Positions 39,787 to 49,478 of a stretch of DNA of 62,025 nucleotides are shown in pieces. A program made the position numbers and the translations under genes. The stretch is from a virus (lineage: Duplodnaviria > Caudoviricetes). Location: IMG/VR virus record IMGVR_UViG_3300009181_000080, positions 1-62,025 of that record, one strand, 5' to 3'. Position 1 is the first letter of the stretch, and each line of letters begins with the position of its first letter. Under the pieces are notes generated by a model. It searched no databases and was not told the origin of the DNA. It saw only the letters and a program-made list of their open reading frames with translations.

Positions 39787-40862
39787 GCTATCAAAGTGGT
39801 GGATTAATCGAAGCAGCTGACTATAATCTAATCATCAACGGCGCCAACGGCGACGGTGGATTTACTGGTGTTAATACTTTATGGAGCACTGGTGATACAG
39901 GGTATGGCTATGGACAAACAGCGATATCCACCGTTAGTAGTGGCACCACTGTCACCGCCTCACAGTGGGCGACATTAATAAACGCAATAAATGCCATGAA
40001 CGCACACAACTACCAAACATCGTATAGCAGTAATGGTATACCTGTGCCTGTAACCGGTAATGTTATTACCTATTTAAGCACGGTGCGCGACGCGCTGGCG
40101 CAGGCCGATATCTACCGCGACAACCCGCGACTCATTACGTCCACAGTAGTTGGCACGACTATCACAAAAACTTTTACCCTGGCTAATACCACCAATAGTG
40201 CCACCATTCCTATGTATGTAAGGATTAAATTTGAAACCACTCAGAAAGCGAGGTACTTTTTTAATTGCGGCGGATTTTTTAATCTTCGTATTGTTGATGC
40301 CGTTAATAACGATGGGTCTCTTCGTAGTGCAGATATATGTACAGTAATGAAAACAAACTTTGCTGGTGTTAACTACTTCAGATCAAGGACAAATGGTGGT
40401 TACACTGGCGCAGGGCCAGTGACGTTAGCATCACGTACAGACTATGGATACTATAATCTATCCCCTACCAATGGCTACACTAGGCTAGTTAAGATAGGAA
40501 CTAGCAGTAGTCCCTATTCAACTGATGCGGTCACACTGTGGGGGAGGACACTAATGCCGCCGGGACAAACAGGCGGCACCGGCGCTGGAAACAACAATGC
40601 CAATGGCAGTAACGGGTCTGCAATATTACTTTACATGCAGTTAAGCGTAGGCTCACAGCCGGCATATCCGGAACCACCATCCAATGATCCGGAGACTGGC
40701 ACAAGGACTGTCAATACTACAACAGAAGATAGTGTTAACGTGACAATAAAATATAGGATAGATACTGTGTATCCTGAAGCTACAAATTTAACTAATTCTT
40801 GGGGAACTGTAACCATTGATAATCCCAATGGAGCCGTAACCGACGATACTACTGTACTATAG
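39783..40862 (+). CDS. Virion structural protein, paralogue 2
   Basis: Same motifs (GLIEAADYN, GYGQT, VTASQW, ARYFFNCGG). Start reassigned to the ATG at 39783 (ATGA overlap, aligns with paralogue 1). Confidence 0.7.
   Translation: MSYQSGGLIEAADYNLIINGANGDGGFTGVNTLWSTGDTGYGYGQTAISTVSSGTTVTASQWATLINAINAMNAHNYQTSYSSNGIPVPVTGNVITYLSTVRDALAQADIYRDNPRLITSTVVGTTITKTFTLANTTNSATIPMYVRIKFETTQKARYFFNCGGFFNLRIVDAVNNDGSLRSADICTVMKTNFAGVNYFRSRTNGGYTGAGPVTLASRTDYGYYNLSPTNGYTRLVKIGTSSSPYSTDAVTLWGRTLMPPGQTGGTGAGNNNANGSNGSAILLYMQLSVGSQPAYPEPPSNDPETGTRTVNTTTEDSVNVTIKYRIDTVYPEATNLTNSWGTVTIDNPNGAVTDDTTVL
40695..40745 (+). repeat. 51 bp exact direct repeat, copy 2
   Basis: Identical to 39658-39708. Confidence 0.95.
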
Positions 40863-40867
40863 TAATT

Positions 40868-41182
40868 ATGAGTGAACTTGAAACCTTATCCGACGAAATT
40901 AAGCAGGCCACTGACTACCAAGTTAATAAACGTATCCTGCGGGAAAAGATACAAACGGATCTACACTTTACCCACAACGGTGGATTATTTAAAGTGACTC
41001 CGGAACTATTGGCATTCGTGTCAACTTGGTCCGCAGATGAATTGTGCATTGAGGATACTTATCACAATCCAATACAAATTGCTAGAAATGAATTTTTAAT
41101 CCAAGCACAACAGCATTATCAACAAGTAATGAATACATGGCATCAACAACATGCTGAACTTAGAAAAATGCGAAAAGTCTAA
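40868..41182 (+). CDS. Hypothetical protein (possible fibre assembly factor)
   Basis: Compact ORF at the junction of the tail and modification modules; function inferred from position only. Confidence 0.55.
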   Translation: MSELETLSDEIKQATDYQVNKRILREKIQTDLHFTHNGGLFKVTPELLAFVSTWSADELCIEDTYHNPIQIARNEFLIQAQQHYQQVMNTWHQQHAELRKMRKV

Positions 41183-41972
41183 GGGTATCGTTTTATTTGC
41201 ATTTAACACCGATGTCGATTATGTCGCGATTGCTGATCGTGCCAGTAGATTAATCGCACATAACTTAAAACTGCCCATAACACTGATCACAGATATTACC
41301 AGCGATCCAAAATTTAAGTACGATCAAATCGTGCGTATTGAGAACGATACTGAAAATTTTAGATACGATCAAACCCACGAGACTTTACCTTGGAAAAATT
41401 TTGGTAGATACCTAGCGTATGAGTTAAGCCCGTACGATGAAACTATTTTAGTTGATACTGATTATTTGATACTAACCGATAGTTTATTGAAACTACTTGA
41501 TACAGGATTTGACTATAAATTAATGCACCATAGCGTAACGCCCGTTGGTCCCAGCTACGAAATGATGGGGGAAACTAGCCTTCCGTATGTTTGGGCAACC
41601 GTGGTACTATTCAGGAAAACCAAACGGGCTAGATTATTCTTTAATCTCATTGGACGTATACAACGAAACTATCGCTACTACAGAGCATTATATAATATAA
41701 GAGAACCCAACTATCGCAATGACTATGCATTTGCCATCGCAAATATTATTTTATCCGGATATAGCATAAACGAAGATCAAGGTATTCCATGGAGATTATT
41801 TACTATAGAAGAAAAAATTAAATCTATAGTGTTGGATGACCATTTTTTACGTATTCGACATACCGATAATGCGATCGTGATGCCCTATCAAGATATACAT
41901 ATAATGGATAAAGAGTATTTACAAAGCAAAGATTTTGGACAAGTAGTTGAGGCGATCTGTGGACCAATTTAA
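41151..41972 (+). CDS. GT-A fold glycosyltransferase-like protein
   Basis: SPYDETILVDTD (DxD), YRNDYAFAIA, HIMDK. Confidence 0.7.
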   Translation: MLNLEKCEKSKGIVLFAFNTDVDYVAIADRASRLIAHNLKLPITLITDITSDPKFKYDQIVRIENDTENFRYDQTHETLPWKNFGRYLAYELSPYDETILVDTDYLILTDSLLKLLDTGFDYKLMHHSVTPVGPSYEMMGETSLPYVWATVVLFRKTKRARLFFNLIGRIQRNYRYYRALYNIREPNYRNDYAFAIANIILSGYSINEDQGIPWRLFTIEEKIKSIVLDDHFLRIRHTDNAIVMPYQDIHIMDKEYLQSKDFGQVVEAICGPI

Positions 41973-42792
41973 AGAACAACAGGGTTTTGTGACATTCGCA
42001 TTAAATTCGGACCAAACAAATTATCTTGAATTAGCATACCTACAAGCACTAAACATCAAAGCAACCCAACAGCTGAATAGCTACGCAGTTATTGTTGATA
42101 GTAATACCAACAAGCTGATGACTGCTAAACACCGCAAGGTATTTGACTATATAATCGTATGTCCGCCCACTGATAAACCATTTGGTATAGAACCATATGT
42201 GGGAAACCTAACACCGTTCAAAGAAACTATAAAACTTGAAAGCGATCTATTATTCACACGGAGCATAGATCATTGGTGGACAGCATTTAGGTTAAAGAAT
42301 ATTTGTTTAAGTAGTGGGGCAAAAAATTATCGTCAACAGGCATCACGTGTACGAAAGTATAGGAAATTATTTGATGATAACAATTTACCAGACATATACA
42401 ATGGACTGATGTATTTTCGTTATACGCAAGAGTCGGTGAACTTTTTTAATACAGCAAAGCAAGTATTCAATAATTGGGATACTATCAAAGATACTTTAAA
42501 AAATTGCAGGGAAGATACGCCAAGTACCGACGTGTTATATGCTATCACAGCATTATTGATTGGCGAAGAAACATGCACTGCACCTAGCTTGGATTTTATA
42601 AATTTTGTACATATGAAATCCGGTATGCAAGGGTGGAGTGATGCAAGGAGTTGGATTGAAACGGTATTAAATGAACGAGACTGTGACGTCATGCGGATCA
42701 ATAATTTAAATCAGTATGACCCAGTCCATTATTACGATAAAACGTATGCCACAGAGGAATTGATCAAATATTATGAGTCCCGAAGAGCTTAA
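41959..42792 (+). CDS. GT-A fold glycosyltransferase-like protein (paralogue of 41151)
   Basis: TPFKETIKLESD, YNGLMYF, STDVLYA, FVHMK. Start reassigned to the GTG at 41959 (GAGG RBS). Confidence 0.65.
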   Translation: MDQFKEQQGFVTFALNSDQTNYLELAYLQALNIKATQQLNSYAVIVDSNTNKLMTAKHRKVFDYIIVCPPTDKPFGIEPYVGNLTPFKETIKLESDLLFTRSIDHWWTAFRLKNICLSSGAKNYRQQASRVRKYRKLFDDNNLPDIYNGLMYFRYTQESVNFFNTAKQVFNNWDTIKDTLKNCREDTPSTDVLYAITALLIGEETCTAPSLDFINFVHMKSGMQGWSDARSWIETVLNERDCDVMRINNLNQYDPVHYYDKTYATEELIKYYESRRA

Positions 42793-43123
42793 GGAATTTT
42801 GTGCCGGCATAAAAGAAATAATACCACCGGTCATTGAGTATAGATTCCACTACGATGATAACGGTGCAATTACTATGTGCTCAATGGTTGGCCATCCCAA
42901 CTCCACTCAGTACATCGTAGTTACTAGAGAAGAGTATGATCGATATTTTGATTATACTATCGTCAATAATCGATTGAAAAAGATAGACAGGGATGCTGGA
43001 TATCGTGTACAATTAGAACGCAGCACTAGAGGATATCCAGTAGTAAGAAACCATGCCGGACTCTTGCTTGAACCAACCGAACCATTTAATGATATAGAAT
43101 ACTATGCCCGTAGAAATAATTGA
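42773..43123 (+). CDS. Hypothetical protein
   Basis: Fills the operon, overlapping both neighbours. Confidence 0.6.
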   Translation: MSPEELKEFCAGIKEIIPPVIEYRFHYDDNGAITMCSMVGHPNSTQYIVVTREEYDRYFDYTIVNNRLKKIDRDAGYRVQLERSTRGYPVVRNHAGLLLEPTEPFNDIEYYARRNN

Positions 43124-43994
43124 TGTAGCAGACCTAGATTGCATATACTTAACATATGATGAACCTAAAAAAGAAGAATTTTGGATAAAAATCCAAAATA
43201 TGGTGCCGTGGGCAAAAAGAGTTGACGGAGTTAAAGGAAGCGATGCAGCACATAAGGCAGCAGCAGCCGCAAGCGATACCAAACGTTTTATTCTTATCGA
43301 CGGCGATAATATTCCCGATCCTAGTTTTTTTAATCTGCAATTAGCTTTAACTGATAGTAATAAAGATTGTGTATTCCGGTGGAAGGCACGCAATATCATC
43401 AATGGTCTTATGTATGGGAATGGCGGGATGAGTTCGTGGACTAAAGATTTTGTTGATAATATGAAAACACACGAAGCTAGCGACGGCAGTGCGGAAAACG
43501 ATGTAGAGTTTTGTTTTTATCCTAACTACTGGGCAATGAACGATTGTTATAGCACTACCTATCCCAATGGTTCGGCTTTCCAGGCATGGCGAGCTGGATT
43601 CCGTGAAGGCGTAAAAATGTGTTTGGATCGTGGTGCTAAACCTACCCTACAAGAATTTGAAAGCCGGGTGCATAGTCGTAACTACGATCATCTATGTATC
43701 TGGCAAAGTATAGGTGCCGATGTAGAGCATGGTCAAGAAGCGATAGATGGAGCCAGGGCTGGTACTTATTATACTATGCTGACTGGGTGGGATTACAAGC
43801 TAGTCCAGAACTTTGATGAGCTTAAAAAGATGTGGGAAATCATTACACAAGAAAATGCCAATGGAACTATATCACGTGCATTGTGTAGTAGATTAGGGTT
43901 ACCAATTGTCGACATGGATGCAGACGAAAGCCGATTCTTTAAACATCATTATAAGAGTCAGTTTAAAAATCAAGGGCCAATGGTGCGAGAATAA
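43104..43994 (+). CDS. GT-A fold glycosyltransferase-like protein
   Basis: YLTYDEP, GVKGSDAAH, FILIDGD (DxD), YGNGG, AWRAGFREGVK. Confidence 0.7.
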   Translation: MPVEIIDVADLDCIYLTYDEPKKEEFWIKIQNMVPWAKRVDGVKGSDAAHKAAAAASDTKRFILIDGDNIPDPSFFNLQLALTDSNKDCVFRWKARNIINGLMYGNGGMSSWTKDFVDNMKTHEASDGSAENDVEFCFYPNYWAMNDCYSTTYPNGSAFQAWRAGFREGVKMCLDRGAKPTLQEFESRVHSRNYDHLCIWQSIGADVEHGQEAIDGARAGTYYTMLTGWDYKLVQNFDELKKMWEIITQENANGTISRALCSRLGLPIVDMDADESRFFKHHYKSQFKNQGPMVRE

Positions 43995-43996
43995 TC

Positions 43997-44521
43997 ATGA
44001 TAAACAAAATTAAATTAGATTACGATATTTCTAAGTTCCTAACAGCTGATTACACCCATCATGAGGGTAGCTGTATTAGCCATCAAGTCCACGAACTAAC
44101 AGACATACATGAGAAATATGGTGGTTTCCCAAAGACTTACATATACGAAAATACATTGATACATCAGCTCTGGTGGGATAAATCTCAAATTAACTTTGGG
44201 GAACTTGGTAAGCAATTAGGTATGGAAGTAATCACTGTTAGTACTATTCTACAGCCGCCTGGCTGTATAATCCCACTTCATAGAGATACATTTTTTCAAA
44301 TTAATAAACAGTATCCCAATAAGACAGAAACTAAAGTTCGCGCTAATATTTTTTTAGAAGATTGGAAACTTGGACAGTTCCTTCAATACAACGATGAAGT
44401 ATGTAGTCACTGGCAAGCCGGAGAAGGATTTTTGTGGGATTCGTCTGTTTTACATTTAAGTGCTAATGCTGGCATGCAAGACAAATATACATTACAAGTG
44501 TCGGGATTCCTTGGTGTTTAA
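43997..44521 (+). CDS. 2OG-Fe(II) oxygenase/cupin-like hydroxylase
   Basis: PGCIIPLHRD (HxD) ... LHLSANAG ... LQVSG. Confidence 0.75.
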   Translation: MINKIKLDYDISKFLTADYTHHEGSCISHQVHELTDIHEKYGGFPKTYIYENTLIHQLWWDKSQINFGELGKQLGMEVITVSTILQPPGCIIPLHRDTFFQINKQYPNKTETKVRANIFLEDWKLGQFLQYNDEVCSHWQAGEGFLWDSSVLHLSANAGMQDKYTLQVSGFLGV

Positions 44522-45464
44522 AGTTATTCCTGCAGACCGTGCTATATGGAATCAAAATGAATTAATTGATTTTCTAATAGAGCACCAACATACCGATATC
44601 GTATTGTCCACTAATAATGAAGGCCCTGATTGCGCTATACTTGGATTGTATACACTACTAGATAAATTTAATTTTAAATCAGTTAGTATACACACAGCCA
44701 ATCCATTGGAAAAAAGCAATAAGTATAATATTATATCTAAAAGTTTACTATGGGCCCAGGTAAGAAAACCAATTGATGCAAAGTATCATATATGGACACA
44801 GGACCGAGTATTTTCTGCTTATTATGGCAGGCCATTATGGCATCGGATGGGTTTAGCCTCACATTTAAAAACACAACACAATGATATTTCGTATATTAAT
44901 CTTAGGGGAGATTATCATCTTGACGAATCTCGCCGCACCTTCGAATTAACTGATCTATTTTTTAATGCACCAGACCAACTATTAAATTTTTCTAACATAT
45001 CCAGCCAATTGCCGTTAATGGTCGAAACAATAGATGGATACACACCGGGTGTGACTGATACGTCGGGATTCACTGATCAACTAGTAGAGTTTTATACTAA
45101 GGTATTAATTGATATAGTAGCAGAAACATTTACGTCGGGTAATACATTTTTCCCAACAGAAAAAACATTTAGACCGATACTAATGAAAAAACCTTTTATT
45201 GTCATGGGACCTATTAATTATCTGATATACCTGAGACAAATGGGGTTTAAAACATTTTTTGAATATTGGGATGAAGAGTACGATGGGTACGGTCCCAGGA
45301 TTAAATTTCAAAAAATTATAAAATTAATTGATGACCTGTCGAACAAACCTAAAAGCGAGTTATACAGTATGTATCAAAGTATGCAACCTATATTAGAACA
45401 TAACTACAATCTACTGGTATCAAAAACTTACAATAGAAATATAAAATTAGTCAATGACAAATAA
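44514..45464 (+). CDS. GT-B-like ('TEK' family) glycosyltransferase-like protein
   Basis: IDIVAET...PTEKTFRPILMKKPF...LRQMGFKTF...DEEYD...LEHN. Start reassigned to the GTG at 44514. Confidence 0.6.
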   Translation: MFKVIPADRAIWNQNELIDFLIEHQHTDIVLSTNNEGPDCAILGLYTLLDKFNFKSVSIHTANPLEKSNKYNIISKSLLWAQVRKPIDAKYHIWTQDRVFSAYYGRPLWHRMGLASHLKTQHNDISYINLRGDYHLDESRRTFELTDLFFNAPDQLLNFSNISSQLPLMVETIDGYTPGVTDTSGFTDQLVEFYTKVLIDIVAETFTSGNTFFPTEKTFRPILMKKPFIVMGPINYLIYLRQMGFKTFFEYWDEEYDGYGPRIKFQKIIKLIDDLSNKPKSELYSMYQSMQPILEHNYNLLVSKTYNRNIKLVNDK

Positions 45465-46842
45465 ATCAGACTTTATGGCAAGCGCAGAGTTTATGAAGGA
45501 CAATCTGGGTCCTGCACTTTGTCTTGCTAAATGGAAACAAGTAAGTTTGCATCTTCCCACAGGTCTTAACAATTCATGTTACCATCCACCTTTACATCAG
45601 ATTGATGCTACTGCTTTAAAGGACAACCCCGGTGCATTACATAATACGGAACATAAAAAGAAACAACGTGTTATGATGCTTAAACAAGAAAAACCCAGCG
45701 AGTGTAGCTATTGCTGGAATATGGAATCAACCGGTAATCTAAGCGATCGCCACTATCGGTCGGGTGAGCCATGGGCCGCTATTGACTATGAAGCAATTAA
45801 AAATTCAACAGGAAATGAAGATGATGTTATTCCGTCGTACGTCGAAGTTAACTTTAATCACAATTGTAATCTTAAATGTAGTTATTGCAGTCCACAGTTT
45901 AGTTCGAGCTGGATGCAAGAAGTTGACAAACTTGGAGGGTATCCCACTACTACTATTCATAATGACCCTAGTCATTTTGTTGGAAGGAATCGTCCTATAC
46001 CACATTCCCACGATAACCCATATGTCGAAGCCTTTTGGGAATGGTGGCCTAAGTTATATTCCTCTCTAAAACACTTCCGCATGACCGGTGGCGAACCACT
46101 AATGGATAAAAATACCTATAAGGTATTTGACTATGTATTATCATTTCCCAATCCCGAACTACATCTAGATGTGACTAGTAACTTCAGTGTTGAACCACAA
46201 TTGTGGAACAAATATATTGATTATGTTAAACGATTGTGTAACACACAAATTGAACATTTTATGCAGTATGTTAGTTTAGATTCAGGTATTCCTGCCCATG
46301 CTGAATACATACGTAACGGGTTAAGTTTTGCAAGAGTTCAAAACAGAGTGAATCATTTTTTGTTTGATATCCCTTATCGTAATAGCCTAACATTCATTAT
46401 TACCATGAATAATTTAAGCGTATTAGGGTTACAGCAACAGCTAGAGTGGATATTGAGATTGCGTAAGCAATACAGCACAACATATCAGCGTGTGTGGTTT
46501 GATACACCAGTATTACGTAAACCGGAATGGCAAAGTTTACAGATACTTCCCCCTATATATGTGGGAGTGTTAGAACGGGTAGCAGATTGGATGGAACTTA
46601 ATCTAGAAACGCCCGATATCCCATTCCAGGGGTTTAAGGACTATGAAGTACAACGGTTACGCAGAGATATAGCCTGGATGAAGGACGGTTGCAATCTAGA
46701 TCCAGTATATGTTAAACTACATAGAGGAAACTTTTATCGTTTCTTTAATGAACACGACAAACGTCGTAATACTAACTTTTTAGAAACTTTTCCCGAAATG
46801 TTTGAATTTTGGAACGAATGCAAGTATCATGCCAAACAATAA
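45454..46842 (+). CDS. Radical SAM protein with N-terminal twitch-like domain
   Basis: CLAKW...SCYHP...CSYC, then CNLKCSYC and TGGEP. Confidence 0.9.
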   Translation: MTNKSDFMASAEFMKDNLGPALCLAKWKQVSLHLPTGLNNSCYHPPLHQIDATALKDNPGALHNTEHKKKQRVMMLKQEKPSECSYCWNMESTGNLSDRHYRSGEPWAAIDYEAIKNSTGNEDDVIPSYVEVNFNHNCNLKCSYCSPQFSSSWMQEVDKLGGYPTTTIHNDPSHFVGRNRPIPHSHDNPYVEAFWEWWPKLYSSLKHFRMTGGEPLMDKNTYKVFDYVLSFPNPELHLDVTSNFSVEPQLWNKYIDYVKRLCNTQIEHFMQYVSLDSGIPAHAEYIRNGLSFARVQNRVNHFLFDIPYRNSLTFIITMNNLSVLGLQQQLEWILRLRKQYSTTYQRVWFDTPVLRKPEWQSLQILPPIYVGVLERVADWMELNLETPDIPFQGFKDYEVQRLRRDIAWMKDGCNLDPVYVKLHRGNFYRFFNEHDKRRNTNFLETFPEMFEFWNECKYHAKQ

Positions 46843-47869
46843 AATAGGGTACCTGGATTATAAAGATTTATTAAACATATTACCAGGGCATAAAAAAAGA
46901 TTGTTAGATATTAGCTGTCTATCAATTGATCAAATCCTTAAATCAATTGATCAATTAAACAGTAATTTTGATACAGTAGTATTAGCTAATGTTGACCCTT
47001 GGTTTCATAATGACACTGAAGAACAAATATTTGATCATCCAAAATTATCAAACAAATTTGTGTTCTTACAAACACAGCAATATGATAATAGTTATTTAGG
47101 AAATCACAAATGGCATATTAGTTTTCCTGCATGGTATATTAATAGAATACTACCCAAAAATAATCAGTTTAAGGCAAAGCCCAAAAATTTAAATTATGGA
47201 TTTGGCTCACTGAATAACAGGCCGGCATTGCATAGGTTATTACTTGGCATAGAATTAAACAACAGAAATTTATTAAAAAATATTGTATTTACGCAAAACA
47301 ACTCTCATATATTAAGTGGAGAGACAGCAGTAGAATATACGCCAGGAAAAATTGATCCTAGATTTTATCAAGATGAAGCATGGTTAAACAGTCAACCGGG
47401 GTTCCAAGCGTATAAAAAATTGTTACCAATATTGTGGCAAAATCAACCAATTGAAAATCGGCAAGATGTTTATCATTATGCCGAAACTGATACATATTGT
47501 AATATAACAACAGAAGCCGCTACTGAACATATTCCTTATAACTGTAGTATCAATTTGCCAGAAATTAGTGAAAAAAGCCATAAACCTTTTATTAGTGGAC
47601 AAATTCCTGTATACTTAGCAGCACAAGGGCATAACACATATCTTAAAGATTTAGGCTACGACCTCTTTGATGAATTGTTACCTGCTAATTTTGATAATTA
47701 TAATACACTTAGTAAAATTAATTCTATAGTTAATTTAATTGAGCAAGGGAAAGAGTTCATTGAACAAATTTATTTTGATAATATTAACAGAATTAAACAC
47801 AATTATAAATTAATATCTGAGCAAACAACGGATAAGATTATTTTAAAAAGAATCCAGGATTTATTATGA
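46829..47869 (+). CDS. GT-B-like ('TEK' family) glycosyltransferase-like protein
   Basis: LNNRPALHR, NITTE...SEKSHKPF...LKDLGYDLF...IKHN; AT-rich. Start reassigned to the ATG at 46829. Confidence 0.6.
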   Translation: MPNNKIGYLDYKDLLNILPGHKKRLLDISCLSIDQILKSIDQLNSNFDTVVLANVDPWFHNDTEEQIFDHPKLSNKFVFLQTQQYDNSYLGNHKWHISFPAWYINRILPKNNQFKAKPKNLNYGFGSLNNRPALHRLLLGIELNNRNLLKNIVFTQNNSHILSGETAVEYTPGKIDPRFYQDEAWLNSQPGFQAYKKLLPILWQNQPIENRQDVYHYAETDTYCNITTEAATEHIPYNCSINLPEISEKSHKPFISGQIPVYLAAQGHNTYLKDLGYDLFDELLPANFDNYNTLSKINSIVNLIEQGKEFIEQIYFDNINRIKHNYKLISEQTTDKIILKRIQDLL

Positions 47870-47920
47870 TGACCAAGTATCTTATACATTGTGCTAAATG
47901 AATATATTCATCAACACGTA

Positions 47921-47949
47921 TTGCATTACCAAAGATTAAATAATACACT
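47921..47949 (+). promoter_or_regulatory. Sigma70-like promoter, 8 nt before the ATG at 47958
   Basis: TTGCAT-17 nt-TACACT in the only sizeable gap of the operon. Confidence 0.55.
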
Positions 47950-47957
47950 ATACTTAA

Positions 47958-49478
47958 ATGCCTAGACAACAAAACGAAACAGATTCGGAATACAAACGCA
48001 GGGTAGTTTGTATTGGCGATGGCTCGGCACTAGCAGAAGAACGGTCAAAAATCCAAGCAATAAAGCATAATCTTGTTTACCGAGGTATATTAGATAATTC
48101 AACACTCTTAGATGATGGATGTTATCATACTAGTATATACGATATTACTCTAATAGAATTACAAAATAAAATTAACGATGATGTTAAAATCATCGTTCTT
48201 GACATTGATGAGACATATTATAAATCCGTAACAGAATACTACAATACTATTAACATGGGGCAGGCACTACAAAACACGGCAGAAGTAGAATTTATAAATC
48301 AAAAAATGCAAAATCCGTTTGTGCAATTGGTTGATGAAAATAAAACTTTTTGTATTATGCCGTTTGTGGCATTATATAAAGATGGAAGTAAATCTAGAGT
48401 TTGTTGTTATATGTCATCCCCGGTTACCACTACTTACACAGACTTTAATACAGATCCCGCTCTTAATAAAATTAGAACCGATTTGTTATTGCCTAATCGA
48501 CCAATTGAACAATGTAAGTATTGTTATAATCTTGAAAATAATAATGTAATAAGTCCCAGGCAAACATATACAATTAATTGGACATATAAATTAAATTTAA
48601 AATCCTTTGATGATGTAGTACGCCGTACTACATTGTTAGATTATGATATCCGATTAACTAATAAATGTAATTTACTTTGTCGTTCGTGTGCGCCGGGTGC
48701 AAGCCATTTAATAGGTAAAGAATATTTTAAAATAGGATTAACTAATACTAATATAGGATTAAAGACGGTCGAATCATACGATATCATTGATTTAACAACG
48801 GTTCGTCGTGTATATGTTGCTGGCGGTGAACCTACGATTGATACTGAATTTTTTAAATTTTTACAAAAATGCATCGACTTAAATAAACTTGATTTTGAAT
48901 TTATTATTAATACAAATGCCGTAGTTACTAGCCAAAAATTTCTTAATCTAATTAAACATTTTACAAATTTAAAATTTGAAATTAGTTTAGACGGATTTGA
49001 CGAGATTAATCATTATGTTCGATGGCCGAGTAATTGGGAAAAAATAAAAACAAATATAATAAAATTAAATCAAGTTAGCGACGGAAGAATTTCGACAAAT
49101 ACTGTAGTATCAATTTACAATATAGGTAGACTTTACAAATTATTTGAATTTTTAGAAAATACATATCCTATTGCTCAACGGCATTTATCTATTTTAGTGA
49201 ATCCGGACGTACAGCAAGCATATAATTTTCCAGATAAAAAATTTGCGTTAGATGATTTAGAAAAAATGAAATTGTTAAGAACATATCAAATTGATGCAAC
49301 GTTTAAAAGTAAAGTAGATTACTTAATTACAGAAATAACTAACTCGGACATAAATTTTGATCTCTTAGAGAAATTTTTTAAATTCAATGATAAATTAGAT
49401 ACATCAAGGGGTGTTAAACTATACGACTATATACCGGAGCTAGAAGCATGCCGAGAATCAATAACGAAACAGATTTAG
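47958..49478 (+). CDS. Radical SAM protein with N-terminal twitch-like domain; starts with a copy of the next gene's N-terminus
   Basis: CIMPF...VCC...CKYC, CNLLCRSC, AGGEP; MPRQQNETDSEYKRRV resembles MPRINNETDLEYKRRV of 49448; AT-rich. Confidence 0.9.
   Translation: MPRQQNETDSEYKRRVVCIGDGSALAEERSKIQAIKHNLVYRGILDNSTLLDDGCYHTSIYDITLIELQNKINDDVKIIVLDIDETYYKSVTEYYNTINMGQALQNTAEVEFINQKMQNPFVQLVDENKTFCIMPFVALYKDGSKSRVCCYMSSPVTTTYTDFNTDPALNKIRTDLLLPNRPIEQCKYCYNLENNNVISPRQTYTINWTYKLNLKSFDDVVRRTTLLDYDIRLTNKCNLLCRSCAPGASHLIGKEYFKIGLTNTNIGLKTVESYDIIDLTTVRRVYVAGGEPTIDTEFFKFLQKCIDLNKLDFEFIINTNAVVTSQKFLNLIKHFTNLKFEISLDGFDEINHYVRWPSNWEKIKTNIIKLNQVSDGRISTNTVVSIYNIGRLYKLFEFLENTYPIAQRHLSILVNPDVQQAYNFPDKKFALDDLEKMKLLRTYQIDATFKSKVDYLITEITNSDINFDLLEKFFKFNDKLDTSRGVKLYDYIPELEACRESITKQI

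Noticed and set aside
39658-40745. Diversity-generating retroelement TR/VR pair
   Set aside because: Both copies are coding, flanking mismatches are not adenine-specific, and there is no reverse transcriptase in the window.
47866-47901. Tiny ORF MMTKYLIHCAK in the intergenic gap
   Set aside because: Only 11 codons with no supporting signal; the gap is explained by the promoter at 47921-47949.
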